Position numbers and translations under genes: made by a program. A DNA stretch of 64,000 nt from NCBI GenBank assembly GCA_910584365.1, contig CAJUAF010000011.1, positions 24,493-88,492 of the forward strand, written 5' to 3'. The DNA is from an uncultured Muribaculaceae bacterium. Its GTDB lineage: Bacteria > Bacteroidota > Bacteroidia > Bacteroidales > Muribaculaceae. The first letter of the stretch is position 1. Every line of letters starts with the position of its first letter. Shown in pieces: positions 19,462 through 28,440 of this stretch. Under the pieces are notes generated by a model, which saw nothing but the letters and a program-made list of their open reading frames with translations, was not told the DNA's origin and did not search any database.

Positions 19462-19617
19462 ATAACGGTAAGGTTAATTGATTTATAACAGAGGCTATAC
19501 CTGATGGTCTTTATGCTTGAATTTGGTATAATACCTCTCTTTTCAGGCGCAAAAATAAATAAAAAATCTAAACATAGCAAATTTTTCCCTGAAATCTTCC
19601 CGGACGCAAGAAAAATG

Positions 19618-20493
19618 TTATAATTCCGAGAAAAGAGTTGGCTTTATGACAATCCCGACGCGGATATGGGACTGATATACCTTGTAGTCCAGAAGCCCTT
19701 CGCCGTAGCCGTTGTAGAACTGCATGAACAGGTACTGGTTCGATTCTGTCGAGAAGCGATAGGCGGCCTCGATGGTGGTGTTATAGTTGAAAAGACCTTT
19801 GGCGCGGCGCGTCAGGCCTACGGACATGGCAAACTTGCGGTTGGTCGACTGCCACTGCCATCCTACCTGGTAAATACCCTTGTATTTCAGAATATCCTTA
19901 TTGTTTACCCCGTCGATAATCGGAATCCAGAACTTGGCCCCGACAACGAAATTGGGGTCAACCATGATATTGCCCCCGAAAGTCAGTTTGTTCCACGAGC
20001 GGGACTCATCGCCGTCGCGGCCGTTGCTTTCATGTTCGAGTACAAGCGACAGCTGCCCGACGAAGCGGTCCTTGATGAACAGCGGCTTGTTGAGGCCGAT
20101 ACCGGGATTGAAGTTGAGGTCGGTCATCGGCATGGAGTTCTCCAGTACGTTCCAGAACACTTTCTGGGTATAGAACAGGTATAGATATGTCCCCCAGGGG
20201 AGAGTGGATTTCGTAAGTTTCTGAGCAATCGAGATCTGAAACTTGATATTGGTGTTTTTCTTAGTCGGTTTCTCGTTGACGGGAGGTCCGAAAATAAAAT
20301 AATTGTCCTTGTAGATTCCGAAATAGTAATGCCGGTCGGCGAAAGCGCGCCGGAGGGAATCGGTGTTGAGATGCTCTTTCGGCAGCTCTACGATTTGTGC
20401 GTCAGCCTTTTGCGGAGCCGCCATCAACGCCGCAAAACCGATCAGGAGCATCCACACTCCGCGCAATATCGCAGAAACAGTCATTTTACTCAT
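19618..20493 (-). CDS. pldA: Outer membrane phospholipase A (OMPLA)
   Basis: IKFQIS, YTQ, EHESNGRDG..SRSWN, GYGEGLLDY; start taken at MSKM (20493). Confidence 0.88.
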   Translation of the reverse strand: MSKMTVSAILRGVWMLLIGFAALMAAPQKADAQIVELPKEHLNTDSLRRAFADRHYYFGIYKDNYFIFGPPVNEKPTKKNTNIKFQISIAQKLTKSTLPWGTYLYLFYTQKVFWNVLENSMPMTDLNFNPGIGLNKPLFIKDRFVGQLSLVLEHESNGRDGDESRSWNKLTFGGNIMVDPNFVVGAKFWIPIIDGVNNKDILKYKGIYQVGWQWQSTNRKFAMSVGLTRRAKGLFNYNTTIEAAYRFSTESNQYLFMQFYNGYGEGLLDYKVYQSHIRVGIVIKPTLFSEL

Positions 20494-20775
20494 AAATAAA
20501 TAGTCTGAAAAGATAACATCCGGCGTTTCAAATTCGTTTGCAAAATTACATAAATCTTCAATAACTCCCAACCGCGCCTTTTGGCCTTAACCGACAGAAT
20601 GTTGTCCTAAAAGTCAAGATAGGGGCCGTATATCTCCGTCCGGGTACCAAATATCCAGCCACAGGGTAAAATTCTGTTGAAAAACATCAAAAAATCTGCC
20701 TCCGCATTTCGCGAAAATAGCTACCTTTGCAATCTGAATAGAATAAACCTAATTTATTTCACTAAAAACATCCTT

Positions 20776-21912
20776 ATGAAGAAACTTTTACTCTCACTGG
20801 CTCTCGTGGCAAGCCTGACCGCTTCCGCAGAGTCTAAAACCGAAAACTTCGCTGCCGCCCAGGACTGGTTCGGCATCACTGCCAAAACCGATGCTGTCGC
20901 TGACGTCAAGGAAGTAACTTCGCCTGAAACCAGTATCAAATACAGCTATTCCAATACTTACGTATCCAAAGGGAACGGCGTGATCCTCCTGGCTACCGCC
21001 AATACATCCGATCCGAAGGCAGACGGATTCATGACATTCTCCCTTTCGTTCAAATGCGCGGAAATCACACTGAAGACAGGTAACACCGCTTCAACTTCCG
21101 CTGTTGTGGACGTTTATGCCGGCGACGTCAAGATTCAGGAAAATCTGGCTCTGAACCAGCAGGGCACTGACTTCAAGGTAACGGTTCCCGAAGCCAGCCA
21201 GGCTGCCGGAACTGTCTACAAGATTGTCAATGCAACCGAGAAGAGAAACGCCCAGTTCCAGTCCATCACCTATTCTTCCGAAGTAAGCGGTCCGGTTGAG
21301 CCCCAGGAACCCGAAGGCTTCAAGTTCGAGAAAACTACATCGATTAAGTCCGGCGAAACATACATTTTCCTTGTTGAAGACAAGATTGCCAAAGGCATCA
21401 GCGCAACATCTTCCTATGGCCGCATGAACCTGGCTGCCGCTGTTGTCTATGAAGGGTATGTTTACTCCGATGAAGTCAACACGGTTACTATTACCGAGGT
21501 AGACGGCAAGTACACTATTATGGACGCCAATAAACGCTACCTCGGGGTTGATGCCACACATAACAGCACATTCCAGTGCTACACGGAAATCAACGACGGT
21601 TGCTATTACACAGCATCTTTCGAAGGTGAGACCGTTAAGTTTGTTCCGGCTCTTGAAGGAGCTACCGACCGCGTAATTTGCCAGAACGGTACTTACGCCA
21701 ATCTTGCTCCTCAGGCTCCCGGCGACACCTTCAAACTCCCCTTCCTTTATAAGAAAGTTGATGGTTCTGGCGTCGAAGCCGTTGAAGCCGAGGTTTCCGA
21801 AGATGCTCCCGCTGTTTATTACAACTTCCAGGGTCAGCGTGTGGAGAATCCCGGCCAGGGTCTCTATATCCGCGTACAGGGCAACAAGGCCACCAAAGTG
21901 GTAATCCGCTGA
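20776..21912 (+). CDS. Secreted hypothetical protein with T9SS-type CTD
   Basis: Signal peptide MKKLLLSLALVASLTASA; CTD SGVEAV...YYNFQGQRVENPGQGLYIRVQGNKATKV; -7 box at 20722-20729. Confidence 0.8.
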   Translation: MKKLLLSLALVASLTASAESKTENFAAAQDWFGITAKTDAVADVKEVTSPETSIKYSYSNTYVSKGNGVILLATANTSDPKADGFMTFSLSFKCAEITLKTGNTASTSAVVDVYAGDVKIQENLALNQQGTDFKVTVPEASQAAGTVYKIVNATEKRNAQFQSITYSSEVSGPVEPQEPEGFKFEKTTSIKSGETYIFLVEDKIAKGISATSSYGRMNLAAAVVYEGYVYSDEVNTVTITEVDGKYTIMDANKRYLGVDATHNSTFQCYTEINDGCYYTASFEGETVKFVPALEGATDRVICQNGTYANLAPQAPGDTFKLPFLYKKVDGSGVEAVEAEVSEDAPAVYYNFQGQRVENPGQGLYIRVQGNKATKVVIR

Positions 21913-22070
21913 TTCCTCCCGGACAGAAAAATACTTTTGTAAAGAGACTCGTTAAATAATAAACGACAAACTTTACTTTGCTCGCAGGGGCTTCGACGTC
22001 AGTCGGGGCCTCTGTCTTCATATATCCTCATTTCCGGCAGCGGATACATTTTTTCCCATATAACGCAGAC

Positions 22071-22161
22071 AATCCGTGAAATCCGTACGCGCAGAGCGCG
22101 CTCCGTGACATCTCTTTATTTAAAAAATCCGTGTTTAATCCCTTAATCCGTGAAATCCGTG
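22071..22161. repeat. Cluster of (A)TCCGT(G) short repeats including a 16-bp direct repeat
   Basis: AATCCGTGAAATCCGT at 22071-22086 and 22145-22160; more copies at about 22102 and 22127. Confidence 0.75.
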
Positions 22162-22233
22162 GGAGAAAACACTTAAAACCGGGAAAGGATATTGCAACAG
22201 AGAAATGAGATGCCCGAAACCAGTGGGGAGGGC

Positions 22234-23508
22234 TCAGCGGCGCGGGCGCGGAACACAGAGGGCGCCGACAAGGGCGATGAGCAGGGATGTGACGAGGACG
22301 GCCAGGAGGACAATCATAAGGTCCGCCGGATCGAGGCGTACGGGATAATAGTTGATGGCCATCAGGGAGGGATTGGCGGAGGAGAGCTTTACCCAGCCGA
22401 AATGTTGCTGGCCGAGAGTCAGCAGTGTACCCAGCAGGAGTCCCGCGGCGCTGCCTATTATTGTGATGAGCCATCCCAGTGAGCCGAAAATACGCCGGAT
22501 AAAGGACGGGGCGGCTCCCATCGCCCCGAGTACGGCCATGTTTTTCTCTTTCTCGACAACCATCAGTGAAAGGGTCGAGACAATATTGAAGGACGCCACG
22601 GCGAGAATAAAAAGCAGCATCAGGAAAGTGATCCATTTTTCGACGGCAATCATCCGGTAGGCTTCCGCTTCCTGTTCCAGCCGGTCAAGTACGCGGTAAC
22701 TGTCGGACGGAAGGCGCGATTCAAGCGATTGTCTAAGGGACGCGAGCGCTGCATTTCCCGGTCGGCCGGCATCGGATGCGTCTCCTTCCGTCTGGGAAGG
22801 ATAGACGGCGATGGCGGAGGCTTCCGTTGTATAGTCCAGCAGCCTTCGGGCCACGGCCAAGGGTATGACCAGCATATCGCGGTCCTGTTCCTCCTGCTCT
22901 ACCTGATATACGCCGGTGACGCGCAGGGAGTCGCCCCGGAAAGCCCCCATCGGATTGGCGGGATTTATGCGTCCGGAGCGGAGAGGTTCATATACATTGA
23001 TCCATCCTTCCGAAGGGCCGTCCACGAAACGGCGTTCTTCAGCCAGGGGGCGTACATTGAGACTCACAGCCACACCGACAGATACGGTAGCTTCCGCGGG
23101 GTCGAGGTCGCCGTCGATAAGGATGTCGCGCAGTCCGGAAGCGTCGAGGGCTTCAGGAGGGAGGGCGCGGATGCTGACGGGCATCTGTGCGTCTCCGGCA
23201 ATGGCGAACGCCTGTTCGTCAATAAGCGGCGCGGCCACTGCGATTCCCGGCACGGAAGCTATCGCTCCGGCAAGAGAATCGGCGTCGGCGATGATTTTTC
23301 CGGTTGCGGGGACTATCAGCAGCGGCGGATTGAATCCGGCGGTCTTCCGCTCCACAAGCTGGGAAAAGCCGTTGAAAACCGACAGGATGATAATCATAGC
23401 GGCGGCGGCGACGGCTACTCCGGCCATCGCGACCGCCGAGATTACGTTGACGGCCCCGTGGCTTTTACGCGAAAGCAGGTATCGGAGGGCTATTTTAAGG
23501 GGTAGCAT
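22234..23508 (-). CDS. LolC/LolE-like ABC transporter permease (FtsX/MacB family)
   Basis: IALRYL, LSVFNGF, ASFNIVSTLSLMVVEK...AMGA. Confidence 0.85.
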   Translation of the reverse strand: MLPLKIALRYLLSRKSHGAVNVISAVAMAGVAVAAAAMIIILSVFNGFSQLVERKTAGFNPPLLIVPATGKIIADADSLAGAIASVPGIAVAAPLIDEQAFAIAGDAQMPVSIRALPPEALDASGLRDILIDGDLDPAEATVSVGVAVSLNVRPLAEERRFVDGPSEGWINVYEPLRSGRINPANPMGAFRGDSLRVTGVYQVEQEEQDRDMLVIPLAVARRLLDYTTEASAIAVYPSQTEGDASDAGRPGNAALASLRQSLESRLPSDSYRVLDRLEQEAEAYRMIAVEKWITFLMLLFILAVASFNIVSTLSLMVVEKEKNMAVLGAMGAAPSFIRRIFGSLGWLITIIGSAAGLLLGTLLTLGQQHFGWVKLSSANPSLMAINYYPVRLDPADLMIVLLAVLVTSLLIALVGALCVPRPRR

Positions 23509-24254
23509 GGCCGGGGTTCAGGGGTAAGGGAGCGGCGGATCCAGAGGGGGGCTTCCGGTCCGAGGCAGAAAATCAGGTCCAGGACCGAGAGGCCCGCTAA
23601 GAAGCCGAAGCGATTGAGGCGCGGCTGCCAGTAGGGGAGGGAGGAGAAATCGGCGCCCTCGCAGGCTGCGGTGGACGGGATAGTGGAGGCGGGAGCGGGG
23701 ACCGCCGGGGTTGAAACAGCAGGTTCGCCTATGGGCGAACCGCAGGACAGGCAGCGCTGGGACAGGGATATGCCGCGCTGGGAAACGGGTCGGGAAGAGG
23801 CGGAAGCGGCGGAAGCGGCGGAAGAGGGGAGCTGGCCGCAGGGGGAAGAGGGGAGGAGGAGAATAGGGGCGATCAGGGCGTCGAGGGCCTCGTTGAAGTC
23901 GATGACCGAGGGGAAGCGGTCGACGGCATCGCGGGAGAGGAAAGGGAGGAAGCGGTCGATGTAGAATTCAAAGAAAGGGGTACGTCCGTAGGCCGATTCA
24001 AGGGCGGTGAGGTGGATGTGCCACCAGTTGCCGTGGTCGCTCAGGCGGATGTCGCGCCATGTGGCATAGGGTTTGCCGTGGGGCTTGACAATGGGGAGGG
24101 TGAGCGTCAACGGGCCGTTGACGTCGGCGATGGTGAAGCGGTGGATTTCCTTGCGGCGCTTGTCGAAAAGGGAGTCAGCGGCCACCGGCGCGCCGGCGGC
24201 GCGCCGCAGCCAGTAGTCCGTGGAACCGAAATAGCGGGGCAGTTCAGCTTCCAT
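23490..24254 (-). CDS. WbqC-like family protein with low-complexity insertion
   Basis: LTLPI, HGNWWHIH..ALESAYGRTPFFEFY, LSVLDLIFCLGPE; adjacent to lepB as in Bacteroides. Confidence 0.8.
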   Translation of the reverse strand: MEAELPRYFGSTDYWLRRAAGAPVAADSLFDKRRKEIHRFTIADVNGPLTLTLPIVKPHGKPYATWRDIRLSDHGNWWHIHLTALESAYGRTPFFEFYIDRFLPFLSRDAVDRFPSVIDFNEALDALIAPILLLPSSPCGQLPSSAASAASASSRPVSQRGISLSQRCLSCGSPIGEPAVSTPAVPAPASTIPSTAACEGADFSSLPYWQPRLNRFGFLAGLSVLDLIFCLGPEAPLWIRRSLTPEPRPCYPLK

Positions 24255-24263
24255 ATCCGGCGG

Positions 24264-25772
24264 TCACTTGTCGGGATTGGCGTCGCGCAGTATGCGGTCC
24301 CAGCGGATTTTGCCGTTGAAAAGCCCCTTGTCCCGGTCGAAGGAGATCAGGACACGCAGCGGTGTGCCGACGATATGGTCTTCCGGTACGAATCCCCAGT
24401 AGCGGGAGTCGAGGGAATTGTCGCGGTTGTCTCCCATCATGAAGTAATAGTCCATCCGGAATGTATAGTAGTCCTGAGGTTTGCCGTCGAGGTAGAACTG
24501 TCCGTCGCGGAACTCAGCCGTCGGATTGTTCTCATACACCCGGATTGTACGCCCGTAGATATCCCAGGCCGCCCGGTTCATTTTCAGGGCAACGCCTTTT
24601 TTAGGAATCCAGATGCCGTCGGCGCCGCCGTAGTCGGCGCGGGTCCAGTCGGCGGATATTGCTTCCGGGAATAAGGCGTAGATTGTCTCGGGAGCGGCCT
24701 CCTGGCGTTCGATTTTTCCGATGCGGGGATTCTTTTCAGCCTCCTCAACCATCGCGGCAGTCATCGGAGATACGTAGATGGGGGGAACGGAGCCGTCTTC
24801 GTTGACCTTATAGCCCAGCATACCGAGCTGTTCCGGAGTAACCTGGTCAAGGTCGGCCAGACCGCGGTCAGCCACGGGAATACCCATACGCTCGAATTCC
24901 TCCTCGGTCAGCGGCGCTCCGTTGACCTGGTAGAAATAATTGAACTGGACGTTTTCCGGAACGATTTCAAACGGCTCGCCGTCGATATGGATTATGCCGT
25001 CGACGATTTTGATGCGCTGGCCTGGGAGACCCACGCAGCGTTTCACATAATTCTCCCGCCGGTCGACCGGACGCCATATTTTCTGACCGAATTCCTCGGG
25101 ATTGGCAAGCAGGGCGGCTTCTCCTTTCCAGCGTTTGAGCGTATAGTAATCGGGGTTGGTGACTTTGGTCATCACTGTGTCGCCGGCGGGGAAATTGAAG
25201 ACCACGATGTCGCCGGCCTCCACTCCGCGGCGTCCTTTCAGGCGGTGATACTCCACGGAGGGGGAGTCCAAATAGCTTTTGCCCAGCCCGAAGGGGAGTT
25301 CGTTGTGGACCAGGGGGAAATATACCGGTGTCATCGGCACGCGGGGACCGTAGACCGTCTTGTCCACGAAAAGGTAGTCGCCCGTCAGGAGGGTTTTCTC
25401 CAGAGAGGAGGAGGGAATCTGATAGTTCTGCCCTATGAAGGCAAAGACGAAATAGACAAGCACCAGGGCATAGACGATAGCGTCCACCCATGACATGATG
25501 CCGCGCACCTCCTTGCTCCTGGAGCGCTTCCACCAGGTGAAGGGGATATACCCCGTAATATATATGTCGAACAGGAGGATTGCGCCCAGCAGCAGCCAGG
25601 GGTTGCCCATCCAGATTACCCACAGCAGGAACACCAGCATCACCGCTGAAAAGCGGATCCAGCGGCTGCGCTTGTTCTCGCGCACACGGCGGAGGAAATC
25701 GGCCTTGAAGCCGGCGGATGATGTTGCGGGAGTCCCGGCCGGAGAGTTTGTTCCGTTGTTGTTGTCTTCCAT
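24264..25772 (-). CDS. lepB: Signal peptidase I
   Basis: IPSSSLEKTLLTGD, YVKRCVG, MMGDNRDNSLDSRYWGFVP. Confidence 0.95.
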   Translation of the reverse strand: MEDNNNGTNSPAGTPATSSAGFKADFLRRVRENKRSRWIRFSAVMLVFLLWVIWMGNPWLLLGAILLFDIYITGYIPFTWWKRSRSKEVRGIMSWVDAIVYALVLVYFVFAFIGQNYQIPSSSLEKTLLTGDYLFVDKTVYGPRVPMTPVYFPLVHNELPFGLGKSYLDSPSVEYHRLKGRRGVEAGDIVVFNFPAGDTVMTKVTNPDYYTLKRWKGEAALLANPEEFGQKIWRPVDRRENYVKRCVGLPGQRIKIVDGIIHIDGEPFEIVPENVQFNYFYQVNGAPLTEEEFERMGIPVADRGLADLDQVTPEQLGMLGYKVNEDGSVPPIYVSPMTAAMVEEAEKNPRIGKIERQEAAPETIYALFPEAISADWTRADYGGADGIWIPKKGVALKMNRAAWDIYGRTIRVYENNPTAEFRDGQFYLDGKPQDYYTFRMDYYFMMGDNRDNSLDSRYWGFVPEDHIVGTPLRVLISFDRDKGLFNGKIRWDRILRDANPDK

Positions 25773-25805
25773 TAATCTATGTTGATTGGTTTGCGGAGAG
25801 CGGGA

Positions 25806-27476
25806 TTATTTCTTGACAGGGGACAGGATGGCGCGGTAACGGGCCGGATCCTGGAGGATACGGGCGGCCGAGTCGACATCCTGGTCGTTCTTGAGAGTCT
25901 GGATTATGGAGCCGCGTTCCCCCCAGTAGCGCTGGGCGAGTTCCGGTCCGAGATAGTCGGCGATAAGCTGCCGGTTGAGGTCGAGGTCATGCTCCAGGTC
26001 GTGATGGAGAATCTTGCGCAGGTCATCAATCCGGGCCTGAACGGAGTCGTTGAGGTAACCTTCGGTTTTGGCCGATTTCTCCAGCTGGTCGAGAACCACC
26101 TCACACGCACGGTCATATTTGAACTTGGCCGGATCGATGGATTTCTTGAACCGGGAGAAAATAGTGTCGGTGATTTCAAAATCCTCCACTGAGCCGGCGT
26201 CGGGATTATGGGCGACGTATCTGTTGGCGAAATCAAAGCTCCAGCCGTCGCGGACGATGTTGTAGACCAGGCGGTTCCCTTCGGGATAGTCCCCTTTCAG
26301 GTCGGGGGTGATGCCCCCGCCGTCGCGCACCTCACGCCCGGCGCGGGTATGCCATACGGTTGTCAGCGAGTCGGGAATCCGGGCCACGGTGCCGTCGGGG
26401 TTGCGGTGGCTGTAATCGATTGCCTGAATCAGGCGTCCGGAGGGGATGTAATACTTTGCGATGGTGACTTTCATCAGCCCGTTGTAGGGGAGGGAACGGG
26501 TGGACTGCACCAGTCCTTTGCCGAAAGATCGCTCGCCGACGATGACCGCGCGGTCAAGGTCCTGGAGAGAACCGCTGACAATTTCCGAGGCCGAGGCCGA
26601 GGAGTTGTTGATGAGGACCGCCAGGGGGATTTCAGTGTCGATCGGTTTCTGGGTTGTCTTGTAGATTTTCTCGTTGATCATCCCTTTGCCGCGGGTGCGG
26701 ACCACTTCGGTCCCCTTGGGTACAAAGAGTCCTACAATCTGTACGGCGCTTTCGAGCAGACCTCCGCCGTTGTTGCGCAGGTCAAGCACGATGGATTTTA
26801 CCCGTGGATCTTTCCGGAGTTCCACCAGGGCGTCGCGGACCTTCTGAAAAGCCTTGTCGTTGAACGTTGTAAGCTGGATATATCCGATGTTGTCGCGAAC
26901 CACCCCATAGTAGGGTACGGGGTTGATGTCGATTTTCTCGCGGGTGAAATCGAAGTTCAGGACGGTGTCCTGAAGTGTCGAAGAGCCGTAGGGGCGGCGT
27001 ACCGACATCCTTACCCGCGTTCCGGCCTGCCCGCGGAGCATCTTTGAGATTTTGTCGGAGGACAGCGTGGTGACCGAATCCCCGTCGATTGTAAGGAACA
27101 CGTCGCCCGGTTTGAGTCCGGCCCGCTGGGAGGGGGTCCCTTCCCGCGGTTCGGAGATGAACACCTTGCCGTCGCGGGCGCCGATATAGGCGCCGATGCC
27201 GCCGTATTCCCCCGTGGAGATAGTCATGAACTCCTCCTGCTCCTGCTCGGGGATATATTCCGTGTAGGGGTCTATCTCGTTGAGCATCGCACTGATGGCC
27301 GTGTTGATTGACTTGTCGGCGTCGATTGTGTCGACATAGGCCGTCTGCAGATTTTTGTAGACGGCATTGAAGATGTCGAGATTGCGGACGATGTCGTTCT
27401 TGGAACTGCGGGTGGCAGCTCCGGCCACGATGGCCGCGGTCACAGCGGCGATTATAATGAAGGGTAGCTTTTTCAT
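25806..27476 (-). CDS. S41 family C-terminal processing peptidase (PDZ)
   Basis: DPYT, LDLRNNGGG, SASASEI, FGKGLVQ. Confidence 0.92.
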   Translation of the reverse strand: MKKLPFIIIAAVTAAIVAGAATRSSKNDIVRNLDIFNAVYKNLQTAYVDTIDADKSINTAISAMLNEIDPYTEYIPEQEQEEFMTISTGEYGGIGAYIGARDGKVFISEPREGTPSQRAGLKPGDVFLTIDGDSVTTLSSDKISKMLRGQAGTRVRMSVRRPYGSSTLQDTVLNFDFTREKIDINPVPYYGVVRDNIGYIQLTTFNDKAFQKVRDALVELRKDPRVKSIVLDLRNNGGGLLESAVQIVGLFVPKGTEVVRTRGKGMINEKIYKTTQKPIDTEIPLAVLINNSSASASEIVSGSLQDLDRAVIVGERSFGKGLVQSTRSLPYNGLMKVTIAKYYIPSGRLIQAIDYSHRNPDGTVARIPDSLTTVWHTRAGREVRDGGGITPDLKGDYPEGNRLVYNIVRDGWSFDFANRYVAHNPDAGSVEDFEITDTIFSRFKKSIDPAKFKYDRACEVVLDQLEKSAKTEGYLNDSVQARIDDLRKILHHDLEHDLDLNRQLIADYLGPELAQRYWGERGSIIQTLKNDQDVDSAARILQDPARYRAILSPVKK

Positions 27477-27712
27477 AAACCGGAATAATTCGCGAAGTTA
27501 CACAAAATTATAACAATCGACTTAACGATTTGTCAAAAATTTGGTTAAAAAAGGGTCGCTGATTGCCTCCGGGATAGGAGCCGGCCTGAAGCCCGGCGCA
27601 AAAACAAACCCGCCTGACGGCGTCCCGGGGGACGCGTCAGGCGGGGATATGGGATTACAAGGGAAGATGGAGAAGGCAGACGGTGCGGACCGGGGAACGC
27701 GGGCGCCGGGGA

Positions 27713-28297
27713 TCAGTGGCAGCCGCAGGAGCCGGCTTCGGAGCAACCACAGGATTCTCCGCAATCGCCGTCGCCGCAATTGTCGTGATGGCAGCCGCAA
27801 CCGCATCCGTGGGCGGGATGGAGTTCTTCCTCGGTGGCGTCGCGGACGGCGAGGATGGTTCCGTCGAAACGGACGGATTTGCCTGCCAGGGGATGGTTGA
27901 AGTCCATTTTCACCTTGTCGGCGGTAACTTCCTTTACAAGGCCGTTGATGCGGAAACCGTCGGCGGTCATCATCGGCACGAGGGCGCCCGGTTTGATGAA
28001 CTCATCGTCGAATTTGTCGTCAACGAGGAAAAGTTCCTTGTCGAGTTCCACAATCTGCTCGGGGTCGTAGGGGCCGAAAGCCTGGTCGGAAGTGGCGGTA
28101 ACGTTGAACTTGCCCCCCTTTTCGAGGCCGAGGATGGCCTGCTCGAGAGGTTCTACCACGCCGCGGGTGACGCCGTAGATGATTTTTTCGGGGTCTTCTA
28201 CATTGGTCTGGTGGACAAGCTTTTCAGAGCCGTCGGGCTCAATGGCGTAGAGGTCGTAGCCGAGTTCTACATATTTGCCGGGTTCGATTTTTTCCAT
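27713..28297 (-). CDS. slyD: FKBP-type peptidyl-prolyl isomerase SlyD
   Basis: DFNHPLAGK, Cys/His/Gly-rich C-terminal tail. Confidence 0.92.
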   Translation of the reverse strand: MEKIEPGKYVELGYDLYAIEPDGSEKLVHQTNVEDPEKIIYGVTRGVVEPLEQAILGLEKGGKFNVTATSDQAFGPYDPEQIVELDKELFLVDDKFDDEFIKPGALVPMMTADGFRINGLVKEVTADKVKMDFNHPLAGKSVRFDGTILAVRDATEEELHPAHGCGCGCHHDNCGDGDCGESCGCSEAGSCGCH

Positions 28298-28440
28298 AAG
28301 ATTCTATAATTTCTGGTTTTTTGAGATTTCGGGGGAAGTCCGCCTAAGGGCGGACCACAGGACAGGCAGCGCCGGGAAACTTTTTGGGAGAGCCGGGAGA
28401 AACGGGCAGGAGAGGGTTCAGCCGGGTTCGAGAGAGGGCT

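Noticed and set aside
22071..22161. Possible CRISPR array
   Set aside because: Repeats are too short and irregular, there are only two long copies, and there are no cas genes.
22028..22636. 202-aa ORF crossing the ATCCGTG repeats
   Set aside because: Out-of-frame overlap with the LolE-like gene; low-complexity translation.
27713..27790. Cys/His-rich tail as a novel metal-binding peptide
   Set aside because: This is a normal feature of SlyD.
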